A DNA stretch of 15,489 bases from the NCBI GenBank assembly GCA_964632775.1, contig CAZWEN010000011.1:1-15489 (forward strand). Reading direction: 5' to 3'. Source of the DNA: an uncultured Candidatus Saccharibacteria bacterium. GTDB taxonomy: Bacteria; Patescibacteriota; Minisyncoccia; Minisyncoccales; CAZWEN01. The notes under the pieces are model-generated. The model made no database searches, was not told the DNA's origin, and saw only the letters and a list, made by a program, of their open reading frames with translations. Shown here piece by piece: positions 6,320 to 12,484 of the stretch. Numbering within the stretch: the first letter of the stretch is position 1; each line of letters starts with the position of its first letter. The translations under genes and the position numbers were made by a program.

Positions 6320-6373
6320 CTTGTTAATTAAATGTCGCACAGAATGCCCGGTGATGGGCTTTTGCGGTTTTGA

Positions 6374-6826
6374 TTATTTTTTTTCTGAGATAACCTTTAT
6401 TACTTTAGATAATCTGGTAAAAAGAAAAATAATGGCTACTTCCACGGTGATAAGAGAAACTTCTCTCAGGAGCGCCACGGATATACCTTCTGGAGAGTAG
6501 CTAAAATAGTCCTTGGTTAGAAAATTGATAATATATAAAATAACAGTTAAGCCAATCCAAGAATAAAGGAAGTACTCCCCCTGTCTCTCTATCTTTTTTT
6601 CTCCCAGCCACCTTAACATTTCTTTATGAATAGAATAAACAAATAAAACTGCAACATAAAAGAAACCTATTTTAGAAGGGGGAAAATCTCCCCGACTAAA
6701 AAACTCCATTGTCACCATGAGCATCGCTATTAGGGTAATGGTGGCGCAAATCAAAAATAGGTGTTTATTTATGGTAAATTCTATTTCTCTTACCTTTTTT
6801 AATTTTTCTTCAGGGATTCGTGGCAT
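6374..6826 (-). CDS. integral membrane protein (about 4 TM helices), hypothetical
   Basis: 150 aa with four hydrophobic stretches (LFLICATITLIAMLMVT, IGFFYVAVLFVYSI, FLYSWIGLTVILYIINFL, VSLITVEVAIIFLF). TGGTAAAAT box 6 nt upstream of the ATG and no Shine-Dalgarno. Confidence 0.65.
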   Translation of the reverse strand: MPRIPEEKLKKVREIEFTINKHLFLICATITLIAMLMVTMEFFSRGDFPPSKIGFFYVAVLFVYSIHKEMLRWLGEKKIERQGEYFLYSWIGLTVILYIINFLTKDYFSYSPEGISVALLREVSLITVEVAIIFLFTRLSKVIKVISEKK

Positions 6827-6847
6827 ATTTTAATTTTACCACATTTT

Positions 6848-6876
6848 AATAAAAAGTCAAGCCCAAAATGGCTTGA
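6848..6876 (-). terminator. intrinsic terminator, probably ending the uppS operon transcript
   Basis: TCAAGCC (6857-6863) pairs with GGCTTGA (6870-6876), loop caaaat. On the minus strand the stem is followed by CTTTTTATT. Confidence 0.6.
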
Positions 6877-6914
6877 ATTGTAGTGTAATAAATAAGCGGT
6901 TAAACCGTCGTAAT

Positions 6915-6968
6915 AATAAGAACCTCTCGCTTCGCTCAAGAACCTTGAATGCTTTGCATAGTCTAAGG
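6915..6968 (+). repeat. 54-nt dispersed element, intergenic copy (inverted relative to the lspA copies)
   Basis: Plus strand reads aataagaacctctcgcttcgctcaagaaccttgaatgctttgcatagtctaagg. The first 10 nt are identical to the minus-strand lspA element, and the last 30 nt match with 1 mismatch, located in the hairpin loop. Confidence 0.75.
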
Positions 6969-6997
6969 GAGGAAAACTAAAAGACGAATTCTTTTGT

Positions 6998-7030
6998 GCC
7001 TCGAGTTAATCGAGGCTTTTCTTTTATTTT
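6998..7030 (+). terminator. plus-strand-oriented terminator-like hairpin overlapping the uppS stop codon
   Basis: GCCTCGA (6998-7004) pairs with TCGAGGC (7010-7016), followed on the plus strand by TTTTCTTTTATTTT. On the minus strand there is no T-run after the stem. No plus-strand ORF lies upstream. Confidence 0.4.
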
Positions 7031-7704
7031 CCAAATCTTCGCTGGCGCTGGGCATAATCTGCCAGAGCTTGATCTAAATCTGTTTCCGTAAAGGCTGGCC
7101 AGTATTTCTTACAGAAATAAAGTTCAGAATAGGCCGCTTGCCATATTAAAAAATTAGAAATACGTTGTTCCTCACCAGTTCTGATAATTAAATCAAGGTC
7201 AGAGGTCCAGAGATTCTGGGAAATTACATCTTCGGTAATCTTTTCAGGGAGGATTTTCTTTTCAATTATCTTTTTTATTGCTTCGGCAATTTCAGCCCTT
7301 CCCCCGTAACTCAAAGCAAAATTTAAAACCATTCCCTTATTATTTTTGGTTAACTCCTCGGCCTTCCAGATTGTTTCTTGGAGAAATTTTGGCAATCTTT
7401 CTTTTTGACCAATTATCCTTACTTTAATTCCTTCTTTGTGAAGTTCTTTTAGATTATCAGCTATAGCTGATTCAGCCAATTTCATCAAGAAATTTACTTC
7501 TCTCTTTGCTCTCTTCCAATTTTCGGTAGAAAAAACAAACAAAGTTAAAATCTTTACTCCTCGCTCTTTAGACCATTTTATTAACTCTTTTACCTTTGCC
7601 AAACCTTTTCTATGTCCTTCAAAAGCTGGCAATCCTTTTTCTCTGGCCCATCGGCGATTACCATCAATAATGATGCCCAAATGATAAGGAATGTTTTTTA
7701 TCAT
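7024..7704 (-). CDS. uppS: undecaprenyl (polyprenyl) diphosphate synthase, cis-prenyltransferase
   Basis: 226 aa with motifs IIIDGNRRWA, FSTENWKR and RTGEEQRISNFLIWQAAYSELYF. Its ATG overlaps the stop of the upstream reductase gene (ATGA at 7701-7704). Confidence 0.92.
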   Translation of the reverse strand: MIKNIPYHLGIIIDGNRRWAREKGLPAFEGHRKGLAKVKELIKWSKERGVKILTLFVFSTENWKRAKREVNFLMKLAESAIADNLKELHKEGIKVRIIGQKERLPKFLQETIWKAEELTKNNKGMVLNFALSYGGRAEIAEAIKKIIEKKILPEKITEDVISQNLWTSDLDLIIRTGEEQRISNFLIWQAAYSELYFCKKYWPAFTETDLDQALADYAQRQRRFGK

Positions 7705-8696
7705 ATTAAAAAATCACTTTCAATTTTAACATTTTTCGGCAAAATCCAGGGAAAATTAAATCCCAAAAAATAAACTATTTTAGTGGCAATTTTTGAAAAA
7801 ATAATTTTTGGCAAAAAAGTTTTTTTCATCTCTTTTTGATATTTTAAAAAATTTGGGAAATTTTTCAAGAGCGTTTCAGCTGCTATTAATCCCCAGATTA
7901 CCCCTCCCCCACTCCAGGGTTTGGTTAAACCAGCTGCATCACCACAGAGAGTTATCAAAGAATGTTTAGGAATTAAAAACCCTTGAGGGACTATTCCTGG
8001 CTCTAATTTATTTAGTCGAAGACTGTTTTTCCTTAAAAAATTTTCAAAAAGTGCTTTGGCTTCTTTGGGACTAGAAATTATTCCGTATTCTATTTCTTTG
8101 CCCCTAGGAATTTTCCAGATGAAGCCCTGTTTTTGAGGCCAGGTTTCAACAAAATTTGAAGAGTCGCTTTTTGAAATAAATCCCTGGATGGCTAACAGAT
8201 ATTTTGGTTCTGATAATCCTAAACTTTTTCTAACCACAGAATTTGGCCCGTCACAGCCAATAATTCTGTCAAATTTTTTTTGAAATGTAGCGAGGTCTTG
8301 CTTCGTTACGTTATGATTTAAAATAATTTTTACACCGGAATTCTCAGCCAATTCGGCTACCAGATTATCAAGTTCAAAATGGCTCATTACTAAAAGTTTT
8401 TTGGAAAATCTAACCTTTATTGTTTTTTTAGGGAGTCGAAGAACATTTGTTCTTCTCCACCCTTCGCTACACTCGGGTAAATGAATTAAAGCTGACTCTA
8501 TTTGATTTTGAATTAATTTTTGACTTTGGGGAATAAATTCTAAAATTCTTTCGGAAAAAAGTCCAGAACAGGCTTTTTTTCCGATTTTTTCTTTTTTTTC
8601 AAATACAGTTACTTGATGCCCTTTTTCAGCTAATTTCCAAGCTAAATAAAGTCCAGTTATCCCCGCTCCAACAATGGCCACTTTTTGAGATTTCAT
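7701..8696 (-). CDS. FAD-dependent oxidoreductase, geranylgeranyl reductase (GGR/ChlP/MenJ-like) family
   Basis: 331 aa. N-terminal Rossmann motif [41 protein letters not shown], and GDAAGLTKPWSGGGV, typical of the GGR family. Confidence 0.75.
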   Translation of the reverse strand: MKSQKVAIVGAGITGLYLAWKLAEKGHQVTVFEKKEKIGKKACSGLFSERILEFIPQSQKLIQNQIESALIHLPECSEGWRRTNVLRLPKKTIKVRFSKKLLVMSHFELDNLVAELAENSGVKIILNHNVTKQDLATFQKKFDRIIGCDGPNSVVRKSLGLSEPKYLLAIQGFISKSDSSNFVETWPQKQGFIWKIPRGKEIEYGIISSPKEAKALFENFLRKNSLRLNKLEPGIVPQGFLIPKHSLITLCGDAAGLTKPWSGGGVIWGLIAAETLLKNFPNFLKYQKEMKKTFLPKIIFSKIATKIVYFLGFNFPWILPKNVKIESDFLI

Positions 8697-8850
8697 TGAT
8701 TATTTCTTCAAATCTTATTGGTTCTTTCTCCTGCTGTTTAGCTATAATGTAACCCGCAGCAAAAGAAAGTAAAGAAATTAGGATAACGCCAATAACTAAT
8801 ATTATATCTGCCAGATTTTCTTTGACAAATTGTTTAATTTTTGCTAACAT
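8626..8850 (-). CDS. small single-pass membrane protein (hypothetical); its 3' end overlaps the reductase gene by 71 nt
   Basis: 74 aa: [37 protein letters not shown], a TM helix, then a polar tail. The last ~23 codons lie in an alternative frame of the GGR-family gene, so the functional part may be only the N-terminal ~50 aa. Confidence 0.4.
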   Translation of the reverse strand: MLAKIKQFVKENLADIILVIGVILISLLSFAAGYIIAKQQEKEPIRFEEIINEISKSGHCWSGDNWTLFSLEIS

Positions 8851-8858
8851 TTTTATAT

Positions 8859-9140
8859 ATGGCTAAGACTAAAGCAGGTGGAGCTACAAAATTAGGAAGG
8901 GATTCTCTACCAAAATATCTTGGGGTTAAGCTTTTTGAAGGACAAAAAGCTAAATCTGGCAGTATTATTATTCGCCAAAGGGGCACCAAATTCCTTCCCG
9001 GAAAAAATGTCAAACTGGGTAAGGATGACACCTTATATGCCTTGAAAGAAGGTATGGTTCGGTATAGGACAAAGAGAATCAAACGTTTTGATAAATCTCA
9101 AAGAAAAGCAAAAATTGTTAGCGTTGAACCGAGCACATAA
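8859..9140 (+). CDS. rpmA: 50S ribosomal protein L27
   Basis: [62 protein letters not shown] matches the L27 signature. The track start at 8841 is TTG; the ATG at 8859 gives the canonical N-terminus. TGCTAACAT box 8 nt upstream. Confidence 0.92.
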   Translation: MAKTKAGGATKLGRDSLPKYLGVKLFEGQKAKSGSIIIRQRGTKFLPGKNVKLGKDDTLYALKEGMVRYRTKRIKRFDKSQRKAKIVSVEPST

Positions 9141-9153
9141 AGCATTATGTGCT
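9132..9153. other. perfect 9-bp palindromic hairpin shared by the convergent rpmA and pyrG 3' ends
   Basis: AGCACATAA (9132-9140) pairs with TTATGTGCT (9145-9153), loop agca. Each arm encodes Ser-Thr-stop for the gene on its strand. No flanking U-tract on either strand. Confidence 0.6.
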
Positions 9154-10773
9154 TCGGTGAATAGCTGCTTTAATGAATTCTCTAAACAACGGATGCGGCC
9201 GTAAAGGCCGTGATTTAAATTCCGGATGAAATTGGGTTCCGAGGAAAAAAGGATGGTTTTTCAATTCGATAATCTCAACCAGGTCTTTTTCGGGGTTTAT
9301 TCCGGCCATAACCATTCCCTTGGCCTCCAGGACCTCTCTAAACTCATTATTTAGCTCGTAGCGGTGGCGATGGCGCTCAGAAATGTCAGAGGTCCGGTAG
9401 GTTTTAAAACTAAGGGTTTTTGGCTTTATTCTGCATTTATACGCCCCTAATCTCATTGTCCCGCCATATTTTTTCTCTTTTAAAAGAGCTTTTTGTTCTG
9501 GCATAACGTCAATAACCGGGTACTTACAATTAGGAGAAAACTCAACCGAACCTGCTCCCTTTAAACCGCAAACATTTCTAGCCCATTCTACTACGGCCAG
9601 TTGCATTCCTAAACAAAGTCCCAAATAAGGGATTTTTTGTTTTCGGCAGAATTCAATGGCCTTTATCTTCCCTTCCACTCCCCTCTTACCAAAACCACCA
9701 GGAATAATTATTCCATCATAATCTTTTAACTCTTCAACTAGCCGGGATTTTTTTTCATAACCTTCGGCTCCTATCCAATGAATTTCCGGTTTTCTTTTAT
9801 GGAACCAGGCAGCATGTTTGATGGCCTCGATTATTGAAATATAAGAATCCATTAAAGTAAATTTTCCACTTTCAAAATATTTTCCAACTATGCCAATTTT
9901 GATGGGTTTTTTAGCATTTTCAACAGTATTTACCAATTTTTTCCAATCCTTTAAGTTATTTTTTCGAGGCCGCAAATCAAATTTTTTTAAAATTCGATTG
10001 CCTAAATTTTCTTTTTCAAAATTAACTGGAATTTCATAAATTGATTCGATGTCGGGAGCAGAAATAACATCTTTGATATCTACATTACAAAAAATGGAGA
10101 TTTTTCTTTTTCGGGGAGGGTCTAAGGGAACCCGAGCTCGGCCCAGAATAATATCGGGCTGAATTCCTGCTTCGTTTAGAGTTTTAACCGCGTTTTGGGT
10201 TGGTTTAGTTTTCATTTCGCCAATCATTTCTGGAATTGGTAAATAACTAACTAAAATAAAAAGAATGTCTTTGGGATTTGCCAACCGCATCATTCTGGCT
10301 GCTTCCAAAAATAGCATATTTTGATATTCACCCACTGTCCCCCCAATCTCAATTAAAACAAAATCAGCCTTGTTTTTTTGGGCTGCTTTTTTTATTCGCG
10401 ATATAACTTCATTAGGAATATCGGGAACTACCTCTACGCATCTCCCTTCGTATTCTAAATTTCTTTCTCTGCTTATCACTGCCTGATAAACTCGGCCAGT
10501 GGTAATATAATTATCAGTAGTTAAATTTTCATCTAAAAATCTTTCATAATTTCCAACATCCTGGTCGCATTCTATTCCGTCATCAGTTACAAAAATTTCC
10601 CCATGTTCAATGGGGTTCATGGTTCCAGCATCGACATTGATATAGGGGTCAATTTTAACTGCCGTAACCTGGAAGCCTTTTGACTTTAGAATCCTTCCAA
10701 TTGAAGCCACGGCTACCCCTTTGCCAATGCCAGACATTACGCCACCAGCAACAAAAATATATTTTGATGTCAT
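9145..10773 (-). CDS. pyrG: CTP synthase
   Basis: 542 aa. N-terminal [16 protein letters not shown], glutamine amidotransferase GLCLGMQ, and HRHRYE. Its ATG overlaps the rplI stop (ATGA at 10770-10773). Confidence 0.95.
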   Translation of the reverse strand: MTSKYIFVAGGVMSGIGKGVAVASIGRILKSKGFQVTAVKIDPYINVDAGTMNPIEHGEIFVTDDGIECDQDVGNYERFLDENLTTDNYITTGRVYQAVISRERNLEYEGRCVEVVPDIPNEVISRIKKAAQKNKADFVLIEIGGTVGEYQNMLFLEAARMMRLANPKDILFILVSYLPIPEMIGEMKTKPTQNAVKTLNEAGIQPDIILGRARVPLDPPRKRKISIFCNVDIKDVISAPDIESIYEIPVNFEKENLGNRILKKFDLRPRKNNLKDWKKLVNTVENAKKPIKIGIVGKYFESGKFTLMDSYISIIEAIKHAAWFHKRKPEIHWIGAEGYEKKSRLVEELKDYDGIIIPGGFGKRGVEGKIKAIEFCRKQKIPYLGLCLGMQLAVVEWARNVCGLKGAGSVEFSPNCKYPVIDVMPEQKALLKEKKYGGTMRLGAYKCRIKPKTLSFKTYRTSDISERHRHRYELNNEFREVLEAKGMVMAGINPEKDLVEIIELKNHPFFLGTQFHPEFKSRPLRPHPLFREFIKAAIHRST

Positions 10774-11228
10774 TCTGGTTTCTCTTCTTCTTTGGTAACG
10801 ATTACTTTTATTTCAGCTTCTAAATTATGCTCAAACTTAATTTTTACTGGAAATTCTCCCAGTTCTTTAATTGGTTCTTTTAACTCAAGTTGAATTTTTT
10901 TAATTTCAAAGCCGAGTTCTTTTAATTTCTCAAAAATTTTTTGAGAAGTAATTGATTCAAAAAGTTGGCCTTCTTCGCCGATTTTAACTGGGATAATCAC
11001 CTCCTGACCATCAATTGCACTAGCCAACCCTTGGGTTTTCTTTAATTCTTCCTCCGCCTTTTGGATTTCTGCTTCTTTTTGAGTTTCTAACCATAAAAGA
11101 GCTTCTTTTTCAGCTTTTTTTGCTAAACCTTTAGGAATCAAAAAATTCCTGGCATAGCCATCTTTAACTTCCTTAATCTCGTATTTCTTTCCCAGATTCT
11201 CAACGTCTTGTAATAGTATAACCCGCAT
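10770..11228 (-). CDS. rplI: 50S ribosomal protein L9
   Basis: [36 protein letters not shown] is a canonical L9 N-domain, followed by a long helix and a C-domain. Confidence 0.9.
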   Translation of the reverse strand: MRVILLQDVENLGKKYEIKEVKDGYARNFLIPKGLAKKAEKEALLWLETQKEAEIQKAEEELKKTQGLASAIDGQEVIIPVKIGEEGQLFESITSQKIFEKLKELGFEIKKIQLELKEPIKELGEFPVKIKFEHNLEAEIKVIVTKEEEKPE

Positions 11229-11242
11229 ATTATTAAATTATA

Positions 11243-12421
11243 TTATAAATTTTTAATTATTTCAATTGCCTTATCCAGCTGAGGATCTCTCTCTTCTTCA
11301 TAATCTTCTTCAGTCATTTCTATTTTTATATCTGGCTCCAACCCCTTGTCAGCGATGAGCTCGCCGTTTGGGGTTAGCCATTTGGCTACGGTTATTTTTA
11401 AAGAAGACCCTTCTCTTAATCTTTCTAATTCCTGGACTGAACCTTTACCAAAAGATTTCTCTCCAATTAATTTTATACCCTGATTGTCTCTCAAAGCGCC
11501 AGCTAAAATTTCTGAACCTGAAGCTGAACCCTGATTTATTAAAATCACTACTGGATATTCTGCAAAACTAGCATTACCTTCGGCTTTGTAAATCTTCTGC
11601 TCCTTAATTTGACCAAAATCCTCAATGACCACAATTTGTCCTCTTTCCAAAAACCAACCAGCAATATCCTGAGCTACCTCCAAATAACCACCAGGATTAT
11701 TTCTTAAATCCAAAATTATTTTTTGGCAGGGGCTGGTTAAAATTTCAATAGCCGCTTCCCTAAAATCAAAACTGGCTTTTTCTGAAAAATGATAAAGTTT
11801 TAAATAGGCAATATTTTCATCGATTATCTCCCATTTTAAAGAGGGAATCTCAATTACTCCTCTGACAATTTTAATTTCTTTAGTGGTTCCCCATTCTTCC
11901 CGCCAAATGCTTAAAATTACTTCCGTCCCCTTTTCACCCCGGATTAAATTAACTGCTTCATCAAGAGTAATATCAAGGGTTAAAGTATCATCCACTTTGA
12001 TGATTTTGTCTCCGGCTCGCAATCCGGCTTTTTGAGCCGGAGTCCCTTCCAGAGGAGCAATTACCTGAAGTTGGCCTTTTTTTTGACCAATTTCCATGCC
12101 CACCCCCTCAAAAGTTCCCTTAACATCTTCAATAAATCTTTTAGTGTCTTCTGGGTTTAAAAAGGTAGTATAAGGATCTTCCAAAGACTTGACCATTCCC
12201 GAAATTGCTCCGTAAATCATTTCTTGAATATCAAACTTTTCTTTATCAGCAAATTTTTCTTGGAGCTTATCCCAGGTTTCCCAAAAGAGGGAAAAATCAA
12301 TTTCTTCGGGAGGACAAATTTTACATTGGGATTTTCCAAAATAAAAACCTCCACCAAAACTGGCCAGAATAACAATAACTAAAAAAATTGAGATTAAAGT
12401 TTTTTTAACTAAAAAAGGCAT
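11243..12421 (-). CDS. S41 family C-terminal processing peptidase (Ctp/Prc-like) with N-terminal membrane anchor and PDZ domain
   Basis: 392 aa. TM anchor LISIFLVIVILASFGGGFYF, PDZ-like GLRAGDKIIKVDD, Ser region NQGSASGSEILAGAL and Lys region GEKSFGKGSVQ. Confidence 0.88.
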   Translation of the reverse strand: MPFLVKKTLISIFLVIVILASFGGGFYFGKSQCKICPPEEIDFSLFWETWDKLQEKFADKEKFDIQEMIYGAISGMVKSLEDPYTTFLNPEDTKRFIEDVKGTFEGVGMEIGQKKGQLQVIAPLEGTPAQKAGLRAGDKIIKVDDTLTLDITLDEAVNLIRGEKGTEVILSIWREEWGTTKEIKIVRGVIEIPSLKWEIIDENIAYLKLYHFSEKASFDFREAAIEILTSPCQKIILDLRNNPGGYLEVAQDIAGWFLERGQIVVIEDFGQIKEQKIYKAEGNASFAEYPVVILINQGSASGSEILAGALRDNQGIKLIGEKSFGKGSVQELERLREGSSLKITVAKWLTPNGELIADKGLEPDIKIEMTEEDYEEERDPQLDKAIEIIKNL

Positions 12422-12484
12422 ATCTAATCCCTTTTATAACAAAATTTAGATAAAAAGTCTATGTGTTTTTTTCTTTTGGCAATT

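Larger units (their letters stand above)
3871..6372. repeat. tandem direct repeat, unit B (~2502 nt)
   Basis: See unit A. All four gene pairs are offset by exactly 2500 nt. The T-tract at 6315-6319 is 1 nt shorter than in unit A, and there is a 3-nt (cgg) insertion near 6366-6368. Confidence 0.95.

Noticed and set aside
1371-6372. The 2.5-kb repeat as an IS element, composite transposon, integrated element or CRISPR-like array
   Set aside because: There is no transposase, integrase or recombinase ORF in any frame. No terminal inverted repeats or target-site duplication are visible at 1371, 3871 or 6372. The content is housekeeping envelope genes. Only two very long units exist, so it is not CRISPR-like.
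5838-6915. Invertible DNA switch bounded by the inverted 52-54-nt elements
   Set aside because: Inverted repeats do flank ~1.1 kb containing the lspA-B promoter region, the 62-aa ORF and the 150-aa membrane gene. However, no site-specific recombinase is nearby, the central part of the repeats is diverged, and nothing in a single sequence shows both orientations. It could only be tested with read-level evidence.
8438-8455. Palindrome gaagaaca-tt-tgttcttc inside the GGR-family gene as a further in-frame copy of the 52-nt element
   Set aside because: Similarity to the 52-nt element is limited to short gcgaag / gaac / cttcg strings and is not convincing by eye. The encoded segment could be a normal variable loop of the reductase.
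8834-9082. Minus-strand 82-aa ORF overlapping rpmA
   Set aside because: It is antisense to a clearly recognisable L27 coding sequence and its translation has no motifs. Shadow ORF.
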